Shown here: piece after piece, positions 51,896-60,477 of the stretch
Layout: every line of letters starts with the position of its first letter
How positions within the stretch are numbered: the stretch's first letter is position 1
Notes under the pieces: model-generated
The model's database searches: none
Seen by the model: the letters and a program-made list of their open reading frames with translations, nothing else
Told to the model about the DNA's origin: nothing
Translations under genes and position numbers: made by a program
From: a virus
Virus record (IMG/VR): IMGVR_UViG_3300030047_000014
Location: 56,748-120,747 of that record
Strand: one strand, 5' to 3'
Length of the DNA stretch: 64,000 bases

Positions 51896-52129
51896 ATGAT
51901 AAACGCAATGGTTGATAAAATTAAGTCCACAATTGAAGTACCAGTATGGGTACTGATGCTCTTAGTTCCTATATTAGTAACTATTTGCATAACACTAATT
52001 ACTATTACCATGTCACAAAGTAATACTATTACTAAGTTACAGGTAGAGAGTGAAACTACAAAATCTAATGTAGAGATGTTAAAGAATACTAAAGTTGATA
52101 TTCAGGTATTTAGCTTGATGCTTATATGA
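51896..52129 (+). CDS. Small membrane protein (holin/antiholin-like), C-terminus possibly disrupted
   Basis: One hydrophobic helix followed by a short coiled coil; first gene of the lysis block. Confidence 0.5.
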   Translation: MINAMVDKIKSTIEVPVWVLMLLVPILVTICITLITITMSQSNTITKLQVESETTKSNVEMLKNTKVDIQVFSLMLI

Positions 52130-52149
52130 ATAAGCCAAATCCTTAAAAA

Positions 52150-52755
52150 ATGGAATTTATAAAAAAGTATTTCTTATTTCTAGTAATAGCTATTCTAGTG
52201 TTACTACTTTTCTTAGGACGCTGTAGTAAAAAAGTGATCTCTGAAGCTCCTATTATCAAACATGATACTGTTTGGGTTAAACATGATAGTATTATTACAA
52301 GTAAACCTTTGATTATTTATACAAAACCTCCTCCTCCAGAAGTTATTAAAGAGTATCTTCCTGATACAAATTACAATAAATTAGTAATTCAATACAATAA
52401 TCTATTAACTTTGTATCTTAATAAAAATACAGAGAAAGATAGTCTTAAATTAGATAGTTTAGGGTATGTATATGTTACAGATATTGTATATAAGAACTTG
52501 ATAGATAGTAGATCTTATCATTACAATATTAAATATCCTAAAATAACAACAACAATTACATTACCTGCTCCTAAGAAGAACCAGATATATATTGGAGGTG
52601 CATTAGAAGGTAATACTTCCAGTATAGTTAATCAATTAAATGCAGGGTTTCTTTTAAAGAACAGAAAGGATCAGATTTATGGAGTATATAGTGGTATAAA
52701 TAAAGATGGTCAGTTACAATTTGGTATTCAGTCATATTGGAAAATAAGTTTTTAA
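52150..52755 (+). CDS. Spanin-like membrane/lipoprotein
   Basis: N-terminal hydrophobic helix ending LGRC; HDTVWVKHDS; C-terminal beta-strands ending YWKISF. Confidence 0.5.
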   Translation: MEFIKKYFLFLVIAILVLLLFLGRCSKKVISEAPIIKHDTVWVKHDSIITSKPLIIYTKPPPPEVIKEYLPDTNYNKLVIQYNNLLTLYLNKNTEKDSLKLDSLGYVYVTDIVYKNLIDSRSYHYNIKYPKITTTITLPAPKKNQIYIGGALEGNTSSIVNQLNAGFLLKNRKDQIYGVYSGINKDGQLQFGIQSYWKISF

Positions 52756-53066
52756 TGATTTTAAAGATATTTAAATATGTTGAACCTATTTGGTTAGATG
52801 ATACTACTAATAGATTATCTATTAGAAGGATATTAGCTTTAATATTTTCTATTGATTTTGTACGAAACACATCTTTTGTAGTTCGTATTTGGGAATTAGG
52901 TAAATCTTATTCAGATGCAGCTATTTTATTAGGTGTTGAAGCAGGTTTAATTACAGCACTTCTTTCACTAACAACATATTCTAATATCATAAAAGCTAAA
53001 ATAGATGCAGGTCCTAATAATGGAGCAAATCAAGCTCCTCCTATTCCTCCTCAACCCTTAAATTAA
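52755..53066 (+). CDS. Holin-like membrane protein
   Basis: RLSIRRILAL plus two hydrophobic segments directly before the endolysin; ATG at 52755 overlaps the upstream stop. Confidence 0.55.
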   Translation: MILKIFKYVEPIWLDDTTNRLSIRRILALIFSIDFVRNTSFVVRIWELGKSYSDAAILLGVEAGLITALLSLTTYSNIIKAKIDAGPNNGANQAPPIPPQPLN

Positions 53067-53070
53067 TAAC

Positions 53071-53535
53071 ATGACTACTCAAGAAATCATAGAAAAATAT
53101 GGATATCCTAATGAAACAGGTAAGGGATATTTAGTTCCTATTACATTACCTTATTCTATGAGAATAGCCTGGGATCTTACTCATAGTATCAACTCTTTTA
53201 GCTGTCATAAATTAGTTGCTAATAATTTCAAATTAATATTCTCTGATATTCTTGATTACTATGGAATAGATAAACTAAGAGAATCAGGAATAGATCTATA
53301 TGGAGGATGTTTTAACTTTAGAAAGATGAGAGGTGGAGATTTCTGGAGTATGCATTCATGGGGAATAGCAGTTGATTTAGATCCTTCAAGAAATCTTTTA
53401 AGTGAGAATTCTTCTACAGCAAGATTTGCAAGACCCGAATACAAAGCTATGATAGATATATTCTATTCTTATAATTTTGAGAGTTTAGGCAGAGAGAAGA
53501 ATTATGACTGGATGCACTTTCAAGTAAGAGATTAA
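53071..53535 (+). CDS. Endolysin, peptidase M15 family
   Basis: FNFRKMRGG...SMHSWGIAVD...DWMHFQ Zn-binding motifs. Confidence 0.85.
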   Translation: MTTQEIIEKYGYPNETGKGYLVPITLPYSMRIAWDLTHSINSFSCHKLVANNFKLIFSDILDYYGIDKLRESGIDLYGGCFNFRKMRGGDFWSMHSWGIAVDLDPSRNLLSENSSTARFARPEYKAMIDIFYSYNFESLGREKNYDWMHFQVRD

Positions 53536-53554
53536 TAATTAAATATATAATGTC

Positions 53555-53746
53555 ATGAAAATAGAAGAGATCAGAACTGGATGGTTCAAGCAAAAATGGT
53601 CTTTTAGAATTAAGGCCAGTAATGGAAAAGTTATAGCTACCTCTGAGAAGTACTATAATTATAAAGACATGAAAGATACTATTTGTCTCTTACAAAAAGA
53701 TTTACCTACTGCAGAATTAATAAAAGTTAATAAAATTAAACCCTAA
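53555..53746 (+). CDS. YegP/DUF1508-family protein
   Basis: WSFRIKASNGKVIATSEKY motif. Confidence 0.75.
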   Translation: MKIEEIRTGWFKQKWSFRIKASNGKVIATSEKYYNYKDMKDTICLLQKDLPTAELIKVNKIKP

Positions 53747-53859
53747 TGGCAAACACAGCTTTTACTGATAAAAAAATTAAAGTACCTCATAAAAAGACAT
53801 CTAAGACTCCTGGTCCAAAAGAGAAAAAGGTTTCTGTTTATAGGGGACAAGGAAAATAA
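53746..53859 (+). CDS. 37-aa basic micro-protein (not in ORF track)
   Basis: MANTAFTDKKIKVPHKKTSKTPGPKEKKVSVYRGQGK; start overlaps the upstream stop (TAATG). Confidence 0.65.
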   Translation: MANTAFTDKKIKVPHKKTSKTPGPKEKKVSVYRGQGK

Positions 53860-53901
53860 GATTAGTTTTTTAAATTTAATAATATTTTAAAAATTACTAT
53901 T

Positions 53902-54225
53902 ATGAATAAACAGATAGGGCAAAGTCAGGAAGCTAATCTACTGTATGAGATAATACAAAGATTAGACAGATTAATCAAACTAAGTGGTAATTCTGTTAAT
54001 GGAGTATATGGCAATTCTGTTATAGCAACATTGTCTGATAGTACTGATTTAGTTAATCCAGGTTATATACAGCCTAGATTATTAGCAGGAAATATAAAAG
54101 TAACAGATATGGGTGGTAATATTAGTACACTTGCTTTTGATCAAAAAGAAGTATCTCTCTTTAAGGTCAAACGAGTTTGGTCTACAGGAACAACTGCAAA
54201 TATGGGAATTGTAGTTTTATATTAA
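53902..54225 (+). CDS. Putative head-spike base protein (RcGTA Rcc01079-like C-terminus)
   Basis: AGNIKVTDMGG...FKVKRVWSTGTTANMGIVVLY. Confidence 0.55.
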   Translation: MNKQIGQSQEANLLYEIIQRLDRLIKLSGNSVNGVYGNSVIATLSDSTDLVNPGYIQPRLLAGNIKVTDMGGNISTLAFDQKEVSLFKVKRVWSTGTTANMGIVVLY

Positions 54226-54236
54226 AAATTACAATC

Positions 54237-54308
54237 ATGCTAACAAGATCATTAGGATTAGGAATACAAAATAGAGTTCAGCAAGGGTCATTTTTGAATA
54301 TTTTTTAA
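54237..54308 (+). pseudogene. Possible truncated head-fibre gene (docking peptide only)
   Basis: MLTRSLGLGIQNRVQQGSFLNIF then stop; LGLGI resembles head-fibre N-termini. Confidence 0.4.
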
Positions 54309-54360
54309 TTATATATTTATATAGAAATTAATTATCTTTGTTTTATAAAACCAATTACAT

Positions 54361-55377
54361 ATGAAGGAATTAAAATTTATTTGCGCCCAACCTGATAATG
54401 CCTATTATACCTGGCAAGTTAATCTATGGTTGGAAAGTTTAAAAGCAATAGGTCATTCAGATAAAGCTATTGTTTTAGTATTTACTCCAATGGGAAGAGA
54501 ACAGAATAAGAATTGGAAGCAAGTAATGGATTTGTACCCAGAAACAGAATTTAATTTTATCATTGATGAGGATGAAGTAAGCTTACTATTAGGAATATAT
54601 ATTCCTCTAATAAGACCCTATAGTTTGTGGAGATATTTCAGAGATCATCCTGATATGAAAGATAAAGGAGTATTCTATTGTGATTCAGATATTTTATTTA
54701 TGCCTGGGTTTAATGTTGATCAGTATCTTCAGGATGATGTTTGTTATTTATCTGATACTAATGGTTATATAAATGCTACTTACTTTGATAGTAAGATTAA
54801 GGATGTAATACCTGATAGATTGGAAGAGTATAAGAAGAGAGATATCCTACAAGAGCTATCAAATCTTATTGGAATAAATAGAGAAATTTGTGAAGCAAAT
54901 AATTTACATTCTGGAGGAGCTCAGTATTTTTTAAAGAATATTGATGCTTCTTTTTGGAGTAAAGTACAAGGAGATTGTCTTATTATACGTACCTTCTTAG
55001 GTAGAGTTAATTCAGAGTTCTTTGAAGATGAAAGTAAAGGATTTCAGTCTTGGTGTGCAGATATGTGGGCTATTTTATGGAATTTATGGTTAAGAAATCA
55101 AGAGACAAAATGTATTCCTGAGATGGAATTTGCCTGGGCAACAGATCCTATTGTAAAATTAGATACTCTTAAGATATTTCATAATGCAGGAGTAGCTGAG
55201 ACAGTACAGAATGGAATTCCCTTCTTTTATAAGGGTAAGTATCATACAGGAGATGATCCCACAAAAGATCCTTTTCTAGATGATATTTTAAATCATGAGG
55301 AAAGTAAAAAATTCTGTACATGGTATTATACAGCAAAGATTAAAGAATTGAGTAACAAGTATAAACTTAATTATTAA
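54361..55377 (+). CDS. GT-A glycosyltransferase resembling HPAT/peptidyl-serine galactosyltransferase (GT95/GT96-like)
   Basis: YYTWQ...YIPLIRPYSL...YCDSDILF...WCADMWA...IFH motif order; TATCTTTG -7 box at 54333. Confidence 0.6.
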   Translation: MKELKFICAQPDNAYYTWQVNLWLESLKAIGHSDKAIVLVFTPMGREQNKNWKQVMDLYPETEFNFIIDEDEVSLLLGIYIPLIRPYSLWRYFRDHPDMKDKGVFYCDSDILFMPGFNVDQYLQDDVCYLSDTNGYINATYFDSKIKDVIPDRLEEYKKRDILQELSNLIGINREICEANNLHSGGAQYFLKNIDASFWSKVQGDCLIIRTFLGRVNSEFFEDESKGFQSWCADMWAILWNLWLRNQETKCIPEMEFAWATDPIVKLDTLKIFHNAGVAETVQNGIPFFYKGKYHTGDDPTKDPFLDDILNHEESKKFCTWYYTAKIKELSNKYKLNY

Positions 55378-56087
55378 TGAAAGAATATAATGGTATAATT
55401 AATATTAGTAAGTTAGATGATGATTATATTATATATAAAATGTATTCTTCAAATCAGAATGATAAATCAATTTATATAGGGGTTACTTCAAACTATAAAG
55501 AAAGGATTTATAAACATTCTATGAATAGATATTATAAACGATATAGTAATAAACCTTTATACATTTGGATAAATAATGTATTAGATAAACAAAAAGAAAA
55601 AGTTATCTTTGAGATTATAAAGAAAGAATTAAGTGAAGAAATAGCTTTTAATAAAGAAGTGGAGTATATTCAAAAATATAAAGATTTAGATTATTTAGTA
55701 TTAAATATTTCAGAAGGAGGAAGAGGAAATACAGGAAGTATTCCTTGGAATAAAGGAAAAATAATGAATAATGAATGGATTAAAATGATGTCTACGGCTC
55801 ATATAGGATCATTTGGAGATATGACAGATAAACATCATACACAAGAAACTAAAGATATCATTTCTTTAAAAAGTCACAAAAGAAAAGAAAGAGGATGGAG
55901 AAATCCAAGAAAAAATAAAGTTTATAAATATACTTTAGATGGTAAACTTATTATAGTTTACTCATGTTTGGAAGAAGCTGCATTTAAGGAAAATACTAAT
56001 TCTACAAGTATTGGAGAATGGTGTAGAGGAACAAAGAAACCAAGAAATAATTTTACTTGGTCTTATAAAGAGATTATAAACAATTAA
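55377..56087 (+). mobile_element. Free-standing GIY-YIG homing endonuclease with NUMOD3/NUMOD1-like domains
   Basis: IIYKM...IYIGVT...RIYKH...KEVEYI...LNISEGG; PWNKG; KHHTQETKDIIS; C-terminal HTH. Confidence 0.8.
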
Positions 56088-56098
56088 ATTTAAACAAA

Positions 56099-56278
56099 AT
56101 GACAACTATTAAAAAAAGAGATTTAAAAGGCTTTGTTCGTTTTGACGCACAAGGAAGACTTATTGCAGGCAGCCTAATTATGAGGAGAAAAGCTCCTAAA
56201 GTTGGTAAGTGGCAGGAAATAACAGCATATCGTTGCTGTAACTTTACTACTACAACTACCACAACTACAGCACATTAA
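56099..56278 (+). CDS. 59-aa protein with C-terminal poly-Thr tag (not in ORF track)
   Basis: MTTIKKRDLKGFVRFDAQGRLIAGSLIMRRKAPKVGKWQEITAYRCCNFTTTTTTTTAH. Confidence 0.75.
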   Translation: MTTIKKRDLKGFVRFDAQGRLIAGSLIMRRKAPKVGKWQEITAYRCCNFTTTTTTTTAH

Positions 56279-56289
56279 ATCTATATATC

Positions 56290-56703
56290 ATGAATTTGTT
56301 TCCTGAAAATATGCTTAATAGTTCTGGAGAGGTTCTCTCTCTGGATACAATAAAGGCTAAACTCTCCTATTTTGAGTTACAACTGCATGAATTACATTGG
56401 CAGACTACCTCATTAGCAGAGCATTTAGCTCTTGGTGATGCATATGACCTTATCTTTAAACTAAAAGACGAGATTGTAGAGAAGATAATGGGATATACAG
56501 GAGTAAGAACAAAGGCTATGCCTGTAGATACCATTAAGAATTATGCTCCAGGTGTACCTGATATAACAATAAGAGAAATCTTAATGTTTGCAAAGCAATT
56601 AGAGAGTTTTGGTAGTATTAATAATATGCCAGATATTGAGAATATTGCTCAGAGTTTATCAGGAGATATATCACAAATTAAATACAGATTAACTCTTTCG
56701 TAA
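56290..56703 (+). CDS. Ferritin/Dps-like four-helix protein
   Basis: LHELHWQT...EHLALGDAYD...DEIVE...KYRLTLS. Confidence 0.7.
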   Translation: MNLFPENMLNSSGEVLSLDTIKAKLSYFELQLHELHWQTTSLAEHLALGDAYDLIFKLKDEIVEKIMGYTGVRTKAMPVDTIKNYAPGVPDITIREILMFAKQLESFGSINNMPDIENIAQSLSGDISQIKYRLTLS

Positions 56704-56990
56704 TGCAGATCAATAAAAGATTCTTTCCAGAAGTAATGTTAGACAATGAGATGCTTTATTTTGCATATCTGGAAGGAGTCTTAAGCTCTGTTGATGAACT
56801 ATCAAGTCTTGAGATTGTAAAATCTATAAATGCTTATCATTTTAGATTAGCTCCTAGTACTCCTAAATATGGTAAGATACTATTTCAGGAGATATTAAAA
56901 ATGCATAACTTCTTCAGTATAAAATTAGATCTCTCTAAATCTATCAAGACTTCAGGAACAATTACATTTAGTATTGAATTAAACAATTAA
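56703..56990 (+). CDS. Hypothetical protein
   Basis: 95-aa ORF translationally coupled to the previous gene. Confidence 0.6.
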   Translation: MQINKRFFPEVMLDNEMLYFAYLEGVLSSVDELSSLEIVKSINAYHFRLAPSTPKYGKILFQEILKMHNFFSIKLDLSKSIKTSGTITFSIELNN

Positions 56991-57002
56991 AATATACATG
57001 TC

Positions 57003-57434
57003 ATGCCTACATTTATAAAAACAGGATTATGGGAGAAAGCATCAAAGAGTTTTAAAGGTTGGTTGAATCTAGATCAACTAATCCAGGATAATGTATCCTC
57101 TAATAAGAATAAAAAGATATATACTGCTATAATCTCTCAAACAGGAACTTCAGCACCAGTTGTTAATACTTTATTAGAAGATGGTATTTCATCTCCTGTA
57201 TGGAGTTATTCTGCTGTTGGTACATTTCTATTAACCAAAACAGGAGCATTTACAGTGAATAAGACTGTTCCTTCTAAAATTGATGCTGGATATGATGCTT
57301 CAGGTAATCTATTTACACTTGAAAGAACAAGTGTGGATGTAATGACTCTTAAAACATATGCAGCAGTAGATACTTCTACTCTTGCTAATGGTGTATTAGT
57401 AAATCAATTCATCAATATAGAAATCTATATATAA
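57003..57434 (+). CDS. Hypothetical, probably structural, protein
   Basis: 143 aa; KIYTAIISQTGTSAP...INIEIY beta-rich domain. Confidence 0.55.
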   Translation: MPTFIKTGLWEKASKSFKGWLNLDQLIQDNVSSNKNKKIYTAIISQTGTSAPVVNTLLEDGISSPVWSYSAVGTFLLTKTGAFTVNKTVPSKIDAGYDASGNLFTLERTSVDVMTLKTYAAVDTSTLANGVLVNQFINIEIYI

Positions 57435-59713
57435 TGGGAACATTTAGTAAAACATTTAGTAAAACATTTGGAGTAGTTCACAGTGGGTCATTGTTGAACC
57501 AAATACCATTCAAGTCAGACGCTCTTGTTTGGTTGGATGGAACAATTTCAGGCAACAACTTTGTCGATAAAATAAGCGGTAAATTATTTCCCATCACAGG
57601 CAAAGATTTTGACGCAAATTGGACAAAGGGATTTCCTTATAAATCAGCCGCAACCATTTCCGCACCTGTTGGGGATGCCACTTTAATCGCTGCCGATTTG
57701 AATAGTTATTGGTACACCGCCGGTACACCTAACCAAATACCTGTTGTTAGCTTGTTTCAAGACGTTGACTACGAGCATAAATTCTTTTGCAGGCATTCGC
57801 CTCAGGTAACTGATTCAAATGGAGTGGAAACATTCGAACCGCGTGTTTCTGATATTGTGATTTATAGTACAGTAAAAACAAGCACTGATTTAGTTAAGTG
57901 TCAAACTTATTTTGGTGTTCCGACTGAAGATTTAACTGCGTTGTGGGTTGCATCTGGTGGATCAGACGCAACAGGGACAGGAACTAAGGCTAAGCCCTAT
58001 CAAACAATACAGGCAGGGAATAATGTCGGAACAAGCGGGAAAACTGTTTACGTAAAAGGTAATGGAACATTCAGGGAGCAACAAAATGGAGCATCCTTGT
58101 ATCTGTTTTTATCAAAATCAATTACGTTCATATCGCTTGGTCATAATACCATTGTTGCCAATAGCGCGATCAGAAAAGTATATGTAAATAGTGGAGATAA
58201 TATATTAAAAGGGTTTGTTTTAGATGGAGAAAATACAGCAGGCGATTTATTCAACTTCGCTGCGGCAAATATCAAAACAACAACATTAGATAAGTGCCTC
58301 TTAAAAAATGTTCCTACGCAATATCTATACTCAACCGGAGCAAACGATAATATAATTCTCAAAAATTGTGTAATAGCCGCAAATTCAGCAGGCACGCAAA
58401 TCAACAGTATGTCGTGTTCTTTGATTGATACCTGTTATTTATTGAATATTTCAACGTACTTAAATACAATTGATTGTATTTTTATAAATAACAAAGTACC
58501 AACGTGCAACAAAACAAACATATTACTATTATATGGAGTTGGGCTAAATGCTTATGGAAATGACCTTAATTACAAAACCAATAGCCTATCTCAGTTGGCT
58601 AATTACACCGTAGCAAAGACTATAACAATAAAGTATAATAAATTTCATCAAAGTGACACGGCAACCGCAGGAGGGACGGGAGTGTATTTTACTGGCACGA
58701 TTACATTTAAGTGCTCAAACAACAAATTTGAATCTACAATAACTTCCGCATTGTCTTCTATATCATACTTTATTCGTTCAACTTCAAATGGACAAGAAAT
58801 AAAGAATAATTCTTTTTTAAGTAAAACACAATCTGAGTTTCAACACATCAATGCAGTTGGAGCAGCTTCATTGATTCAAAATAATTGGAGCAAGTCAAAT
58901 TCTATTATTGGAATACAGCTCGGTCTTGGTGCGGAAGTGGCAAGCGCAGGGTTAAACGATAATTCAATTGTTATAAATAATCGTTTAATTGGTTATAAAG
59001 TTGACTATCCAGATGTTGTGGGTGCAACTATTCATCAGATGTTTGTTTCATCAGGCATAAACATTAAGATTGCATATAATCACAACTCGCATTCTTGCAT
59101 TGGACTGGTTGTAAAAACCGATTCTACATCAAGAACTTATACGTCGGAAGGTGTATATTATAATCTTTTTGAGGAATGCAGAAACGGAATTGGGATAGGT
59201 GGTGTTGTTGGAATAAACATTTTTAATAATGTAATAAAACGATCATCCTACGCCTATTCAGAGCCGATTGTTGGGCAGATTATGGCAATAGAGAATACCG
59301 CAATTGTTGGTAATCAATATTGCTCTAATATTGTAATAAAAAACAATATCATAATATCGCAACTCGCAAATGATAAGTTGCTTTATTTTGAAACCGGATC
59401 AGAATCAGGATGTATTGCACAAAACAATGTTCTTATTGGAACGATACTATTAACGGCTGGACTGACAAATTACACCGATTTAGCAACTGCGCAAGCAGCC
59501 GGAAAACTATTGGGTTGTATTGTTTCTGATCCGCTTTTGGATGCAAACTTAATCCCTTCATCTCCGATTGTAATAGGTGAAAACTTAGGGGTGAATTACA
59601 AAGATGCTTTAGATATTACAACGACATGGGGAAGCGAAACAACAACTCCGGGGATTGTAACTAAAAAGCAACCAGCAGCTGGAAATTGGCAAGTTGGGGC
59701 GTATGTAGTTTAG
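57434..59713 (+). CDS. Right-handed beta-helix (tailspike/depolymerase-like) protein, apparently recently acquired
   Basis: WVASGGSDATGTGTKAKPYQTI, Asn ladders, WQVGAYV end; CG-rich codon usage unlike the flanks. Confidence 0.7.
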   Translation: MGTFSKTFSKTFGVVHSGSLLNQIPFKSDALVWLDGTISGNNFVDKISGKLFPITGKDFDANWTKGFPYKSAATISAPVGDATLIAADLNSYWYTAGTPNQIPVVSLFQDVDYEHKFFCRHSPQVTDSNGVETFEPRVSDIVIYSTVKTSTDLVKCQTYFGVPTEDLTALWVASGGSDATGTGTKAKPYQTIQAGNNVGTSGKTVYVKGNGTFREQQNGASLYLFLSKSITFISLGHNTIVANSAIRKVYVNSGDNILKGFVLDGENTAGDLFNFAAANIKTTTLDKCLLKNVPTQYLYSTGANDNIILKNCVIAANSAGTQINSMSCSLIDTCYLLNISTYLNTIDCIFINNKVPTCNKTNILLLYGVGLNAYGNDLNYKTNSLSQLANYTVAKTITIKYNKFHQSDTATAGGTGVYFTGTITFKCSNNKFESTITSALSSISYFIRSTSNGQEIKNNSFLSKTQSEFQHINAVGAASLIQNNWSKSNSIIGIQLGLGAEVASAGLNDNSIVINNRLIGYKVDYPDVVGATIHQMFVSSGINIKIAYNHNSHSCIGLVVKTDSTSRTYTSEGVYYNLFEECRNGIGIGGVVGINIFNNVIKRSSYAYSEPIVGQIMAIENTAIVGNQYCSNIVIKNNIIISQLANDKLLYFETGSESGCIAQNNVLIGTILLTAGLTNYTDLATAQAAGKLLGCIVSDPLLDANLIPSSPIVIGENLGVNYKDALDITTTWGSETTTPGIVTKKQPAAGNWQVGAYVV

Positions 59714-59748
59714 TTCACATAGAGAAGCAATTTGAAATCTTAAATAAA

Positions 59749-59780
59749 TTTGGAGAAATCATTAGATTTTTATATTTTTG
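59749..59780 (+). promoter_or_regulatory. Bacteroidota-type promoter
   Basis: TTTG-N20-TATTTTTG upstream of 59808. Confidence 0.65.
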
Positions 59781-59807
59781 ATGAGTTAAACCAATAAATT
59801 TATTGCT

Positions 59808-60077
59808 ATGATGAAGATTGTTAAGGATGATGATAATGAGGACAATGTTGTAAAAAAAGAAGTTGTTAATAAGTATGATAGAAGTAAACGTTATACCTGG
59901 ACTCCTGAGGATAAATTTGAATTATCAGGTGAGCAATTTGGTTCTGTTATTAATGCTCTTAGAGCTATAGCCCAGATCTTTCCTATGGAACTTATACAGA
60001 TGGCTAATGCAGGAATTGAGCAGGTAATGATGGATAGTGTAAATAAAGACATTATAAAAGAAGTAATAGAAGAATAA
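59808..60077 (+). CDS. Hypothetical protein
   Basis: 89-aa ORF downstream of a promoter. Confidence 0.6.
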   Translation: MMKIVKDDDNEDNVVKKEVVNKYDRSKRYTWTPEDKFELSGEQFGSVINALRAIAQIFPMELIQMANAGIEQVMMDSVNKDIIKEVIEE

Positions 60078-60081
60078 GATC

Positions 60082-60231
60082 ATGTCAGACAAAAAATGGA
60101 TACAGAAAGCTTTTGCTTCCATAAAAAAGTAGAGGTACAGCAGGTAAATGTACACCAATAACAAAGCCAGGATGTACTGGAGAGCTAAAGCATTAGCTCA
60201 GACATTCAAGAAAATGAGTAAAAATAAATAG
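60082..60231 (+). pseudogene. Small basic protein gene with two compensating frameshifts (or sequence error)
   Basis: Correcting one extra A and one missing base gives MSDKKWIQKAFASIKSRGTAGKCTPITKPGCTGRAKALAQTFKKMSKNK. Confidence 0.55.
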
Positions 60232-60234
60232 ATT

Positions 60235-60303
60235 ATGACAAACACTAAGAAAAAACCTACTATGACAAAATGTTGTGGAGGTGGTAAAATCAAAAAGAAA
60301 TGA
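60235..60303 (+). CDS. 22-aa basic micro-protein
   Basis: MTNTKKKPTMTKCCGGGKIKKK; ATGA overlap with the next ORF. Confidence 0.4.
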   Translation: MTNTKKKPTMTKCCGGGKIKKK

Positions 60304-60434
60304 AACAAGGGAAACCTCAGAAAGCACCAAAGGTTCCTATACTTGATCCTAAAAAGAATCATATGAGGGAAACTGATGTTATTAAAAAGAATAAGTCTCC
60401 GATGTCTCCGTTAACTAGAAAACGATTGTCTTAG
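60300..60434 (+). CDS. 44-aa basic micro-protein
   Basis: MKQGKPQKAPKVPILDPKKNHMRETDVIKKNKSPMSPLTRKRLS, ending just before the terminator. Confidence 0.55.
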   Translation: MKQGKPQKAPKVPILDPKKNHMRETDVIKKNKSPMSPLTRKRLS

Positions 60435-60441
60435 TAAAAGT

Positions 60442-60477
60442 AAGAACCTCTCCTTAAGCAAGAGAGGTTCTTTTTTT
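60442..60477. terminator. Intrinsic terminator at the junction of convergent gene blocks
   Basis: AAGAACCTCTC-9 nt-GAGAGGTTCTT followed by a T run. Confidence 0.85.

Noticed and set aside
17527-56087. Group I introns or inteins around the three endonuclease genes
   Set aside because: Each sits between complete genes with only short gaps or overlaps, leaving no room for a ribozyme core; no intein motifs noticed in the RNAP.
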